A DNA stretch of 64,000 nt, from positions 785,365 through 849,364 of the forward strand of contig OZ253504.1 of NCBI GenBank assembly GCA_965262235.1, written 5' to 3'. The position numbers were made by a program, and so were the translations under genes. The notes under the pieces were generated by a model. The model saw only the letters and a program-made list of their open reading frames with translations, did no database searches and was not told where the DNA came from. This document shows positions 43,447 through 55,654 of the stretch, piece by piece. Source of the DNA: Dehalococcoidia bacterium. GTDB lineage: Bacteria > Chloroflexota > Dehalococcoidia > Bin125. Each line of letters begins with the position of its first letter. Within the stretch, counting starts at the first letter, position 1.

Positions 43447-44216
43447 CAGGACACGCCGCCCGCCTCCCGCTCAGTCTCACGTCGCAACACATCGATCAGC
43501 CGGTGCGCCGCCTCAGTCTCCGCAGCCGCCGCGCTGCGCGGGCGCGGCAGCCCCACTTCAAACACGTTCGTGATCCGCCCCGGACGCTGACTCATCACAA
43601 ACACCCGATCGGAAAGCGCCACCGCCTCGTGCGGATCGTGCGTGACCAACAGCGCCGACCCTCCGATCTCACCCCACACCTCCACCAGCCAGCGCTGCAA
43701 CTGCGAGCGCGTGATCGCGTCCAACGCCCCGAACGGCTCGTCCAGCAGCAGGAACGGACGCCCCAGCAGGTAGGTCCGCAGGAACGAAGCCCGCTGCCGC
43801 ATCCCGCCCGACAGCTCATGCGGCTGCCGCTGCTGGAACCCGTCCAGTCCGAACTGCTGAAACAGCTCGTCGGCCCGCGCCCGCGCCTCGGCGCGCGCCA
43901 CACCCTGCACCTCAAGCCCCAACGAGACGTTGTCCAGCACCGACCGCCAGGGAAACAGCAAGTCCTCCTGCGGCATATACCCGAACCGCTCCAGCCGCTC
44001 CTCCGCCCCCAACGCCTCCCCGTCGACCCGAATCTCCCCCGCGTCGGCGCTGTCCAGCCCCGCGATCAGGTTCAGCAGCGTGCTCTTCCCGCAGCCCGAC
44101 GGCCCCACCAGCGCGGCGAACTCACCATCCCCGACAGCGAGCGAGACTCTGTCCAACGCCCACACGACGCCGTCGTCGGAGCGGTAGCTCTTCGAGACGC
44201 CGTCAACGCTGAGCAC
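43446..44216 (-). CDS. ABC transporter ATPase (ThiZ-like)
   Basis: GPSGCGKST, LSGGMRQR, LLLDEPFGALD. Confidence 0.9.
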   Translation of the reverse strand: MLSVDGVSKSYRSDDGVVWALDRVSLAVGDGEFAALVGPSGCGKSTLLNLIAGLDSADAGEIRVDGEALGAEERLERFGYMPQEDLLFPWRSVLDNVSLGLEVQGVARAEARARADELFQQFGLDGFQQRQPHELSGGMRQRASFLRTYLLGRPFLLLDEPFGALDAITRSQLQRWLVEVWGEIGGSALLVTHDPHEAVALSDRVFVMSQRPGRITNVFEVGLPRPRSAAAAETEAAHRLIDVLRRETEREAGGVS

Positions 44217-45287
44217 TCACTCCTCGCGCGCGGCGTCGTAGATCGCGGTGGTGAAATGCGCCGCATAGTCCGGCGCGCTCGTCAGCGGATCTCCCTCCGC
44301 GTCCAACAACAAGCCCTGCTCGAACAGCCACCCCGTGTAGCCGCTCCAGTCGTCGAGCCGCTGCGACCCCCAGCGTCCGTCCGCATCGAGGTAGTACTCG
44401 TCCGCCAGCAACTCAGCCGACGCGAACACCAGCTCGACGCTCGGGAAGGCGTCCTCGCCGGCGACATCGATCAACATCTGCGCCGCCTCCTCAGGATTGG
44501 ATGCCGCGAACTCATACCCGCGAATCGTCGCCCGCAGGAAGCGCGTCAGCAGCTCCGGATCGTCATCGATCAACGCCCGCCCCGCGATCAGAACTACCCC
44601 CGGGTAGTCGGGGATGCCGAACTCGGTGTACTTCCAGGTCCGCAGCTCGATCCCGCGCTGTTCGGCCTCGATCCCCTCCCACGTCACGAACGGCTCGACA
44701 GCCTGCACCCGCCCGGCGTAGAGCGCCTCGTAGGCCGCCGTATCGAGAATCACCCCCTCGATCTCCCCTTCGCCGCCATCGGCCTTGATCACCCACTCCC
44801 ACTGCGCCTGCTCCGCCGGCGATCCGAACCCCCCATACGTCCCGCCGTCCAGATCGCGCGGCCGCGTGATCTCCCCGTCTGCCAGCACCGCCATCTCCGT
44901 CGGATTCGACTGCAGCACCGCAGCGATGCTCACCACATCGATCCCCGACGCGCGGAAGTACGGCACATAGGTCGGGAACGAAAACGCCACATCGGCCACG
45001 CCCTGGTCGATCAGCACCTCGCCGGTCGCGCCGCTGTAGGGCAGGATCTCAATCTCAATCCCCTCCTCCTCATACCACCCCTGCGCCATCGCCACGTACA
45101 CCCCCGTGTGGTTCGTGTTCGGCAGCCAGTCCAGCTGCAGGCGCACCGCATCGAGTTCAACTGGTTCATCAGCGACTCCAGCCGACTCGAGATCGACTTC
45201 ATCCAGTTCATCGGTGCAGGCCGCCGCGAGTACCAACAGCGACAGCGCCGCCGCAATCAGCAACCAGCGCACGAGTGACGCCTTCAC
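44217..45287 (-). CDS. ABC substrate-binding lipoprotein, NMT1/THI5 family (ThiY-like)
   Basis: Lipobox LAAAC; LDWLPNTNHTG; thi operon context. Confidence 0.85.
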   Translation of the reverse strand: MKASLVRWLLIAAALSLLVLAAACTDELDEVDLESAGVADEPVELDAVRLQLDWLPNTNHTGVYVAMAQGWYEEEGIEIEILPYSGATGEVLIDQGVADVAFSFPTYVPYFRASGIDVVSIAAVLQSNPTEMAVLADGEITRPRDLDGGTYGGFGSPAEQAQWEWVIKADGGEGEIEGVILDTAAYEALYAGRVQAVEPFVTWEGIEAEQRGIELRTWKYTEFGIPDYPGVVLIAGRALIDDDPELLTRFLRATIRGYEFAASNPEEAAQMLIDVAGEDAFPSVELVFASAELLADEYYLDADGRWGSQRLDDWSGYTGWLFEQGLLLDAEGDPLTSAPDYAAHFTTAIYDAAREE

Positions 45288-45922
45288 GGCTGTCCCCCGT
45301 GCACCCACGCCGAGTCGAAGAAGTTGTACTCCAGCTCCATCGCCGTGCGGTACTTCACCGCCTCCCGCCGCCCCACGTCGGCGTTCTGGTCCAGCATTCG
45401 CTCCACGACATCGACTTTGGCCAGATAATCGCGCCCCGAGTACATCCGGATCCAGAAGCCGAACTTGTCATCGTGCGGCGCATCGGCGAGCCGCTGCCCG
45501 AGCCAGCCATACAGCCGTGAGCACGGCGCCATCGCCGCGATGTGCTCGCCGATCGTCCCCGTCGCCGCCGTCGCCAACAGGAAGTCGGTGTACTCCCGCG
45601 CCGCCGGCAACGGCTGCACATCCTCCAGCGACACTCCCAGCTCCGGCGCAGTCCGCTCGTGCAGCGTCCCCTCGGTCAGAATCCCCGCCAGCAGCTGCCC
45701 GAACTTCCGCCGCGTCGCCCAGTCCGGCGCTCGCACCACCCCGAACGCATACGAGCGCGCATACGCGTCCAGATAGAAGTGGTCCTGCTGCGCGAACAGC
45801 CCGTACCGCTCGTCCGACAGCGACCCATCCGCCAAACCCTGCAGGAACGGGTGCTCGAGGCACGCCTGCGCCAGGTCCTCGTTGTCCTGCCAGAGCTGTT
45901 GCGACAGTCTCATCTCGCTCAT
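45284..45922 (-). CDS. tenA: Thiaminase II TenA
   Basis: HPFL..L.DGSL, QDHFYL, APCSRLY, WIRMYS, ELEYNFF. Confidence 0.9.
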   Translation of the reverse strand: MSEMRLSQQLWQDNEDLAQACLEHPFLQGLADGSLSDERYGLFAQQDHFYLDAYARSYAFGVVRAPDWATRRKFGQLLAGILTEGTLHERTAPELGVSLEDVQPLPAAREYTDFLLATAATGTIGEHIAAMAPCSRLYGWLGQRLADAPHDDKFGFWIRMYSGRDYLAKVDVVERMLDQNADVGRREAVKYRTAMELEYNFFDSAWVHGGQP

Positions 45923-45944
45923 CGATTACTCCGCTGCATTGCGG

Positions 45945-48155
<2,211 letters not shown>

Positions 48156-48159
<4 letters not shown>

Positions 48160-48794
48160 CGCAGCACCGCTGCGATCACCGCGTGGATCTCCGCCGTCGC
48201 CGCCTCTGGATCCTCCCGGCACACCACCGCCGACAGCACCGCCACCCCGAACGCCCCCGTCTCGATCACCGACGCCACATTCTCCGCAGTGATGCTGCCA
48301 ATCGCGATCACCGGCTTGTCGATCCCTTCAACGATCTCCCGCAGCCGCTCCAGCCCCAGCATCGGCGCCGCCCGATCCCCCTTCGAAGTCGTCCCGAACA
48401 CCGGCCCCACTCCCAGATAGTCGACTGGCGTCGCCGCGACCCGCTGCGCCTCCTCCAGTGAGTTCGCCGTCCCCCCAATGATCGCCTGATCGCCCAGCAA
48501 CCGACGCGCCAGCTCGGCCGGCAGATCGTCCCGCCCCAGATGCACCGCGCCGCCCACTGCCGCCGCCACGTCGACCCGATCGTCAATCAACAGCGTCGAT
48601 TCCGCATCGCCCATCGCCGCCGTCATCGCCTCGGCCGTCTCGATCAGCTCCCGCGTCGTGCGTGCCCGCTTCTCGCGAAACTGGATCGTGTCCGCCCCGC
48701 CTGCCGCCGCCAGCCCCGCCAGCTGCGCGTGCGTCCAGCGCGATTGCAGCACCTCGTCGGTGATCACGTGCAGCCGGCCCACCTCGCCGCTCAT
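48156..48794 (-). CDS. thiE: Thiamine phosphate synthase
   Basis: IQFREK, IDDRVD, VHLGRDD, GPVFGTTSK, IAIGSI. Confidence 0.9.
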
Positions 48795-49591
48795 CGCGCC
48801 ACCGCCTCACGCAGCATCCAGAGATGATCGGTCGGCCCCACCCCGGCGCCAATCGCGAACCCACCGCGAATCGCCTCGGTCACGTACGCCTTCGCCGACC
48901 GCACCGCGACCGGCAGCTCCTCCTCCAACGCCAGCCTCGCCGCGATCGCCGACGCATACGTGCAGCCCGTCCCATGCGTGTGCCGCGATTCCACCCATTC
49001 GCCCTCGATCACATCGACGCCGTCTCGCGTCACCAACACATCGGTCGCGGGCGCTTCCTCCAGGTGTCCGCCCTTGACCAACGCCGCGCCGACACCCGCC
49101 TCCAGCAGCCTCCGGCCCGCAGCCTCCGCCTCCGCCACCGTCCGAACCCGCAACCCGGTCAGCGCCTCGGCTTCGTGAACGTTCGGCGTCACCAGCGTCG
49201 CCAGCGGCAGCATGCGCTCCAGCAGCGTCGAGATCGCGGCCCGCTCCAACAACGCAAACCCCGTCTTCGAAATCATCACCGGGTCCACCACCACGAACCC
49301 CGGCCGGCGCGCGACGAGCTCATCCGCAATCGCCGCGATCATCGTGGCGTCGCCCAACATCCCCGTCTTCACCCCCACCACATCGAGATCATCAAACACC
49401 GATGCGATCTGCGCCCGCACCACATCCACCGGCAGCGCATGCGCGAGCTGCACGCCCACCGTGTTCTGCGCCGTGATCGCAGTCAGCACCGAAGCCGCGT
49501 AGCCGCCGTTCGCCGCGATCGCCTTGATATCCGCCTGGATCCCGGCCCCAGCCGACGAATCAGAACCTGCGATGCTCACCACGACGCGCAC
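48791..49591 (-). CDS. thiD: HMP/HMP-P kinase
   Basis: IAGSDSSAGAGIQADIK, KTGML, VDPVM, TPN, HTHGTGCT; GTG start with GAGGTG RBS. Confidence 0.95.
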   Translation of the reverse strand: MRVVVSIAGSDSSAGAGIQADIKAIAANGGYAASVLTAITAQNTVGVQLAHALPVDVVRAQIASVFDDLDVVGVKTGMLGDATMIAAIADELVARRPGFVVVDPVMISKTGFALLERAAISTLLERMLPLATLVTPNVHEAEALTGLRVRTVAEAEAAGRRLLEAGVGAALVKGGHLEEAPATDVLVTRDGVDVIEGEWVESRHTHGTGCTYASAIAARLALEEELPVAVRSAKAYVTEAIRGGFAIGAGVGPTDHLWMLREAVAR

Positions 49592-49685
49592 GGCACACCT
49601 CAACGCAGCTGTGGGTGGTGGCCTGGCGTCGCGAACGGGATTCCGTTTCACACTCAATGTGTGAAACGGGGGGCGAGCCTGCTTG

Positions 49686-49772
49686 CGCTCCCTGCGCCGG
49701 CATTACCCGGATCAGGTTCAGCGGGTGTGTTCTCAGGCCTGCCCAGCCATCACGCTGGCGGACCACCCCGGC
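49686..49772 (-). ncRNA. TPP riboswitch
   Basis: Minus strand GGGGTG...CTGAGA..ACCC..GAACCTGATCCGGGTAATGCCGGCGCAGGGAG upstream of thiD. Confidence 0.95.
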
Positions 49773-49857
49773 ATCTCGGACGAAGCGATCTTAACACACC
49801 GCGCCCCACTCACGCCCTACCCCCCACGCACGGCCTGACGCGCCCACGGCGCGCCCG

Positions 49858-50292
49858 TTACGCACCCGACGCCGGGCGCCTCCCCGCCATGCCGCCGCTC
49901 GTCACCGCGGGCGCAAACGAGAGTGTCCGAACGCCCAGGATGTAACCCCACGCGTTCAAGCCACCCCACGACATCAAGCCCAGGCTGTTGACTCCGCCAA
50001 ACGACACCAGGCCCATGCTGTTCAGCCCCCCGATCGTCACCACTCCGATCGAGTTCGCGCCGCCGATCGCGATCAGTCCAATCGCGTTCCAGCCCCCAAT
50101 CGCCACCAACCCAATCGCGTTCGCCGACCCAATCGCCACCCAACCAATCTCCGACACCGGCACATCACCAAACAGCCCCCATTGCCCCGCCGCCACAGCG
50201 ATCATCACCCCGCCCACCACCATCATCGCCCAAAAGGCGCCCAACCCCTTCAGTTGCTCCTCAGTCATCTTATGCGACATCGACTCAGCCAT
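49858..50292 (-). CDS. Small membrane protein with Gly-rich (AIGG.NAIGL) repeats
   Basis: Hydrophobic ORF with five ~11-aa repeats. Confidence 0.55.
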   Translation of the reverse strand: MAESMSHKMTEEQLKGLGAFWAMMVVGGVMIAVAAGQWGLFGDVPVSEIGWVAIGSANAIGLVAIGGWNAIGLIAIGGANSIGVVTIGGLNSMGLVSFGGVNSLGLMSWGGLNAWGYILGVRTLSFAPAVTSGGMAGRRPASGA

Positions 50293-50332
50293 GATCACGC
50301 CTTCCCGGACGAACGCAGCTGCCCTCCGCTCC

Positions 50333-50423
50333 TTCTCTCCCCCCGCTCCGCGGGGGAGAGCCGGTCGGATCCCCTCTCCCCCCGCTCCGCGGGGGGAGAT
50401 GTCCCGTAGGGACAGAGGGGGGC
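50333..50423. repeat. REP-like element with duplicated first hairpin
   Basis: Two CTCTCCCCCCGCTCCGCGGGGG(G)AGA hairpins, then GTCCCGTAGGGAC. Confidence 0.8.
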
Positions 50424-50437
50424 CCGCCCCCGCGTCC

Positions 50438-51706
50438 CTAGTCCGAAACCAGCACCAGCGTCCCCGTCGTCGACAGCGACCCGCCGGTCCCGTTCACCAC
50501 GCAGGAACGCGCATCAGTCTGCTTGCCCGGGTCCCCGCTGAAGCCGTCATCCTCGGCCGTGCCCGAGAGCTGCCGGTACGCCTCGACCAGCAACTGCATC
50601 CCGTACATCCCCGAGTGGTTGAACGAGAGCCCGCCGCCGTTCGTGTTGATCGGCAGCCGGCCGCCCGGCGCCGCGTGCCGGTCCTTCCAGAGCGCGAAGC
50701 CCTCGCCCGCCGGCGCCAGCCCCAGCATCTCTGCCGTGATCCCCGCCGTGACCGTGAACGAGTCGTAGATCATGGCCATTTCCATGTCTTCCGGACCCAT
50801 CCCGGCCATCTTGTATGCGGACGCCGCCGAACGCGATGCCGACGTCGCGGTGAAATCGTCCATCTCCAACATGTTCCAGTGCGAGATGTTCTCGCCCGCG
50901 CCCGCAATCCAGACCGGCGGCGTCTTCGACGTGCTCGCCAGCTCCGGACCGGTGATCAGCACCGCGCCTCCGTGGTCCGTGACCAGGCAGACATCAAGCA
51001 GCTTCAGCGGCCACGAGATCATTCGTGAATTCATCACGGTGTCGACCGTGATCGGGCCACCGAACGGGTGCCCCTTTTTGCCGCCGCCCGGGTCGCCGTC
51101 CGGCAGCGCCGGCACGTCGCCCTCGCCCGCCTTGCGATACATCACCGCGCGCGGGTTCAGCGTCGCCCACTCGCGCGTCACGACTGCAATCTCCGCGAAG
51201 TCTTCCTGCGTCGTGCCGTAGCGGTGCATGTGCCGGTTCAGCGCGTGCGAGTAGCTCGTCGGCGCCCCGCCCAGGCCGTACGCGCTGGTGTGCTGCGACG
51301 CCGGATCCCACGGGTCGCCGCCGCCGCCGAAGCGCGCGCCGGTCCCCCGGCCGCGCGTGTGCCGCGCGTTCCAGCCCATCTCACCGTGCGAGACCAGCGC
51401 CACGTCGATCACGCCCGCGTGAATCGCACACAGCGCGTGATGCACGTGCATCTCGAACGAGCAGCCACCGACCGAAGTCGTGTCGATGTACTTGGGATGC
51501 AAGCCCAGATACTCCGCAAGCTGCGGCGACCAGCCGGCGCTGAAAATCCCGTCGATCGCACTGATCGGGATGCCCGTCATGTCGCAGACGTTCTTGATCG
51601 CCTCGATGTGCAATCCCAGCGACGTCTTGGGCGTCGAGGGATAGCCGATTTCGTTGGCTTCGGCGGCGCCAACGATGGCGGCCGCGCGCGATGCTGGACC
51701 TGGCAT
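50438..51706 (-). CDS. SCP2-type thiolase-like protein
   Basis: GGCSF, LDVCLVTDHGGA, IYDSFT, INTNGGGLSFNHSGMYG. Confidence 0.85.
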   Translation of the reverse strand: MPGPASRAAAIVGAAEANEIGYPSTPKTSLGLHIEAIKNVCDMTGIPISAIDGIFSAGWSPQLAEYLGLHPKYIDTTSVGGCSFEMHVHHALCAIHAGVIDVALVSHGEMGWNARHTRGRGTGARFGGGGDPWDPASQHTSAYGLGGAPTSYSHALNRHMHRYGTTQEDFAEIAVVTREWATLNPRAVMYRKAGEGDVPALPDGDPGGGKKGHPFGGPITVDTVMNSRMISWPLKLLDVCLVTDHGGAVLITGPELASTSKTPPVWIAGAGENISHWNMLEMDDFTATSASRSAASAYKMAGMGPEDMEMAMIYDSFTVTAGITAEMLGLAPAGEGFALWKDRHAAPGGRLPINTNGGGLSFNHSGMYGMQLLVEAYRQLSGTAEDDGFSGDPGKQTDARSCVVNGTGGSLSTTGTLVLVSD

Positions 51707-51761
51707 GTCTCAGTCTCCTGGTTCGATCAGCGGTTCGTGGAACGGTTCGTCGGCCGGCGCG

Positions 51762-52187
51762 TCAGGACGCGACGCGCCAGAAGGGAATGTGCACATCGTC
51801 GCTGGCGGGCTCGAATTCGATCTCGACCTTAGCGCCAATCTTGATGCTGTCCGGATCGTTGGCGTCAACGCCGCGCAGCACCGTCAGCATCCGGTCGCCC
51901 TCGACCAGGTCGATGTACGCCGTCACGTACGGCACCTCATCGGCCCAGCCCGGCCCCCACGGCCGCACCTGCACCGCGAACGTGTGGATGTAGCCCTGCC
52001 CCGACGCGGGCACCCACTCGATGTCAGTCGAGTGGCAGAACGGGCAAATGATCCGCGGGTACCAGTGCACCCGGTTGCAGTCGCTGCAGCGCGGCAGCAC
52101 CAGTCGGCCCTCTTTGGCCGCGTCCCAGAACGGCTGGGAATAAGGCTCAGGATCAGGAATCGGCTTGTTGTATTCGGCCACCACCAC
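51762..52187 (-). CDS. DUF35 Zn-ribbon/OB-fold protein
   Basis: PFWDA, CSDC, YPR..CPFC, PYV.AYIDL.EG; thiolase partner. Confidence 0.9.
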   Translation of the reverse strand: MVVAEYNKPIPDPEPYSQPFWDAAKEGRLVLPRCSDCNRVHWYPRIICPFCHSTDIEWVPASGQGYIHTFAVQVRPWGPGWADEVPYVTAYIDLVEGDRMLTVLRGVDANDPDSIKIGAKVEIEFEPASDDVHIPFWRVAS

Positions 52188-52310
52188 GCCCTCTCAAAAC
52201 AACCACGCCGCTCCGCGCGGCGACTGGCGCAGTCTATAGCCACCCCCCACTTCGCGCCGAATCCACCTCCCCCACCGCGCATCGGCGCTCCCTCATGCCT
52301 CCGTCGCCAC

Positions 52311-52492
52311 GAATCCTCCAAACAACTCGAATCCCCTCTCCCCCCGGCTCTGCGGGGGGAGATGTCACGGAGTGACAGAGGGGGGCTCCCCGCTTGCCAT
52401 GACCCAGCCACGCTGACGAATCGGAACCGCCCCCCCTCCGCCTCCAGCATCTCCCCCCACTGTCCGGGGGGAGATGCTGTTCAGCGGATTCC
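52311..52492. mobile_element. MITE-like element with imperfect TIRs and two inverted REP hairpins
   Basis: GAATCCTCCAAACAAC ... GCTGTTCAGCGGATTC. Confidence 0.65.
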
Positions 52493-52495
52493 TGG

Positions 52496-52732
52496 CTACC
52501 GCAAGCGGTAAGGACCCGCATCGATCTGCAGCGGCCGCCCAGCCCCGAACGCCGGCGCCGGGAACAGCCAGCCCTTCACGATCGACGGAATCTTGGCCAG
52601 GTTGATCGACAGCAGACTCCGCCGCGTTTCCCGCGGCAGGTCACGCCGGTGCTCCCACGCGCGCTCCAGCTCCGCCTCGCGGAACTTGATCTGGTAGCGC
52701 ACCATCGTCTCGTTCATCATCATGTCGGGCAT
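52496..52732 (-). CDS. Small hypothetical protein
   Basis: RBS-like GAGGA upstream; host-like codons. Confidence 0.45.
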   Translation of the reverse strand: MPDMMMNETMVRYQIKFREAELERAWEHRRDLPRETRRSLLSINLAKIPSIVKGWLFPAPAFGAGRPLQIDAGPYRLR

Positions 52733-52926
52733 CTCCGCCGTCCTCTCTCGCTCGCTCGCCGCGCACCTCCGACAGCCGGAGTCCGCGCCTGATCCGAACG
52801 TATGCAGACGCCCGATCCGCCGTTGTGAAGCCCGTCACACTCCCCCGCCCCGCGTCCCACGCTTGACGCAGAGTTAGCATCTCAGCACACACCCGTGACC
52901 ATCGCCATCCCTCGGAGCCGACCAAA

Positions 52927-54003
52927 ATGCTCAAGCAGTTCAAAGTCCCCGACGACATCGCAGTCCGCGTCCCCGGCGACGTTGTGCGCTCCGCCGTCGA
53001 AGACATCTTCACCCGCCTCGGCATGCCCGACGACGACGCCCAACGCTCAGCCGACACCCTGCTCTACGCCGACCTCCGCGGCATCGACTCGCACGGCGTC
53101 TCCAACATGATGCGCTCCTACGTCGCCGGCCTGCAGAGCGGCGACATCAATCCCACCCCCGAGTGGAAGCTCGAACGCGACGCCCCAGCCGCCGCCACGA
53201 TCGACTGCGACGGCGGCCTCGGCCTCACCGTCGGCCCCCAGGCCATGCAGCTCGCCATCGACAAGGCCCAGCAGATGGGCGTCGCCACCGTCGTCGCCAA
53301 CAACGGACGCCACTTCGGCGCCGCCGCCTACCACGCGGCCATGGCCATCCCCCACGACATGATCGGCATCTCGATGACCGTCGGCGGCCTCATGGTCGCC
53401 CCCACCCACGGCGCCAAAGCGATGGTCGGCCTCAACCCGCTCTCGATCGCCGCGCCCGCCGGCGAAGAGCCGCCCTTCATCTTCGACGCCTCCATGTCCA
53501 GCGTCGCCGGCAACAAGGTCCGCCTCGCCCAGCGCCTCGGCGAAGACCTGCTGCCCGGCTGGGTCGCCATGCCCGACGGCACCCCGATCATGGAGCCCCA
53601 GCAGGTACCCGAGGAGTTCCTCATGCTGCCGCTCGGCGGCACCCGCGAGATCGGCTCCCACAAGGGCTACAGCCTCGCCATGGGCATCGACATCCTCTCC
53701 GGCATCATGGCCAACGCCGGCACCGCCCTCCACCGCTTCAACGGCGTCGGGCACCACTTCACCGTCTTCAACATCTCCGCCTTCACCGATGTCGACGAGT
53801 TCAAGGGCCACATGGACACCTACCTCAAGGCCCTGCGCGAAACCCCCACCGCGCCCGACGCCGACCGCGTCATCTACGCCGGCCTCGAAGAGCACGAAGC
53901 CGAAATCGAGCGCAGCGAACGAGGCATCCCCTTCCACCCCGAAGTGATCGAGTGGTTCCAGTCCTGCCTCTCCGACCTCGGCCTCCGAAACCACTTCGCC
54001 TAA
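52927..54003 (+). CDS. Ldh_2-family oxidoreductase (AllD/ComC/malate-lactate dehydrogenase type)
   Basis: ADLRGIDSHGV, HFGAA, GLNPL, PLGG..SHKGYSLA. Confidence 0.9.
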   Translation: MLKQFKVPDDIAVRVPGDVVRSAVEDIFTRLGMPDDDAQRSADTLLYADLRGIDSHGVSNMMRSYVAGLQSGDINPTPEWKLERDAPAAATIDCDGGLGLTVGPQAMQLAIDKAQQMGVATVVANNGRHFGAAAYHAAMAIPHDMIGISMTVGGLMVAPTHGAKAMVGLNPLSIAAPAGEEPPFIFDASMSSVAGNKVRLAQRLGEDLLPGWVAMPDGTPIMEPQQVPEEFLMLPLGGTREIGSHKGYSLAMGIDILSGIMANAGTALHRFNGVGHHFTVFNISAFTDVDEFKGHMDTYLKALRETPTAPDADRVIYAGLEEHEAEIERSERGIPFHPEVIEWFQSCLSDLGLRNHFA

Positions 54004-54070
54004 GAGCGCCTGACCAAGTTTGATCCTCTCTCCCCCCGGCGGGGGGAGATGCCGCAGGCAGAGGGGGGCT
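54004..54070. repeat. REP-like element directly after a stop codon
   Basis: CTCTCCCCCCGGCGGGGGAGATGCCGCAGGCAGAGGGGGG. Confidence 0.75.
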
Positions 54071-54098
54071 CCCCGCTCCCAGCTCGCTCCCAACCCGC

Positions 54099-54971
54099 TC
54101 ACTCCGCCTCAGCAGCCCCTTCCGGCTCAGCAGCCGCCTCCGTCGCTTCGTCCGCCGCCTGCTCCAGCGCGCGTCGCCGAATCGACTGCTGAATCAGCTG
54201 GTACGACCACCAGACCAGCGCCAGCCGCAGCGGAATCCCCACCCCGCGGCTGATCCACGGGAACAGCGACGCCGACACCTCGTCCAACAGCCACACCCGC
54301 ACGATCCCCATGATCAGGTTCTCCATCGCGAAGATCGCTGTGATCTTGAAGAACGCCCGATCGTCCGCCGTGAGCTTCTCCCGCACGCCCGGGAACACCT
54401 CCCGCACCACCATGCCCATCACCGGCCGGCCGAGCAGCAAACTCCCCGCGAAGATCGCCGCCGTGATGAAGTCACCCACCGGCGACGCCGCGAAGAACGC
54501 CTTGTCGCTGTCCAGAATCCAGCCCACGATCGATCCGCCCGCAAGCAACACCAGCGCCAGCACCGCCAGCCAGAATATCGCCCCGCGATTCGGCTGCACC
54601 CGCCGCTGCACGAAGAACACCACCACCGCCGAGCCGAAGCCCACCCCAATCGCCGCCCGCGTGCCGAACAGCTCCAGCACCAGCACGTAGAGCAAGACCG
54701 GCAGAATGCTCAGCCCCACCCACGGGTCATAGTTGGGAATCAGGCCCTGCCAGCGCTCCAGACGCTCGACCTTGCTCTGTACCCGCTGCAACTTCAGCAG
54801 CTCCTGCTCCAGCTCGCTCAGGTACTTCACCCGCGCCAACAGTTCGGTCGACCCCTCGCGGCCCTCCAGCAGCCGCTCGACCTCGGCCTTGTACTCCCGA
54901 ACCTTCGCCAGCTCGCGCTCAATCCCTCCAGGCTCTCGGAGGGCCTTGCCTGCGGCCGTCAGCTCCGCCAC
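54099..54971 (-). CDS. Membrane protein (DUF3159/IspZ-like) with N-terminal coiled coil
   Basis: About six TM segments; FAGSLLLGRP motif. Confidence 0.55.
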   Translation of the reverse strand: MAELTAAGKALREPGGIERELAKVREYKAEVERLLEGREGSTELLARVKYLSELEQELLKLQRVQSKVERLERWQGLIPNYDPWVGLSILPVLLYVLVLELFGTRAAIGVGFGSAVVVFFVQRRVQPNRGAIFWLAVLALVLLAGGSIVGWILDSDKAFFAASPVGDFITAAIFAGSLLLGRPVMGMVVREVFPGVREKLTADDRAFFKITAIFAMENLIMGIVRVWLLDEVSASLFPWISRGVGIPLRLALVWWSYQLIQQSIRRRALEQAADEATEAAAEPEGAAEAE

Positions 54972-54977
54972 CGCTGC

Positions 54978-55325
54978 CTAGTGCTTCCACAGCGGGCTGG
55001 CCACGTTCAGGTCCACCCGCCCCACCACATCCGACTCGCACACCGCCTTGATCGTCACCGTCTGCGTCACATCCGCCTCCGGCGACGAGCGCGCGTGCTG
55101 CTCCGGGTACCAGTTCACCTCAGCGATGCCCCACTCGTCCGACGCGACCGTTCGCTCGCGGCCGCCCGTGCTGGCCAGCGTCCCGGGACCCACCTCAATC
55201 GTGAACGCCACCGGCGCTCCCGCCACCGATCCTTCGCGGCTGCTGATCGACGCGGAGACCATCCGGTACCCCACCTCGCCCCGGTCCGCCATCCGCACGC
55301 TGATCTCAATCGTGTCCTCGGGCAT
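54978..55325 (-). CDS. Hypothetical beta-rich (Ig-like) protein
   Basis: GAPVAFTI..GPGTL ... SDEWGIAEV pattern. Confidence 0.5.
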   Translation of the reverse strand: MPEDTIEISVRMADRGEVGYRMVSASISSREGSVAGAPVAFTIEVGPGTLASTGGRERTVASDEWGIAEVNWYPEQHARSSPEADVTQTVTIKAVCESDVVGRVDLNVASPLWKH

Positions 55326-55456
55326 CGCAACCGTTCCCTCCACTACTCGCGCCGCCCACTGATCGTAACAGCGCATCCAGTCTTCCCCGCTCCCCGCGTC
55401 CCAAAGCAGCGCTGGCGGCCCACCCGAAGGACGTTTCCGTAGAACACGACCTCCGT

Positions 55457-55482
55457 GTAGGGGCAATCCTTGTGGTTGCCCT
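55457..55482 (+). repeat. GTAG-type REP
   Basis: GTAG-GGGCAATC-CTTGT-GGTTGCCC; homolog at 61389. Confidence 0.75.
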
Positions 55483-55654
55483 CCCCGTTCACCCTCTCAA
55501 ACGCGTCACCCGCAGCGCCGCAGGTCGCCCGCGCGCCGCCTGTCTGGTGAGGCACCGGGCAGCCCGCCGAATCGACACGCCTGAGACATGCTCCGTTCCT
55601 GTACCCACCCCCGCTCGGCGGCTAGCCTTGATCCTGCCCCATACGGAGGACATC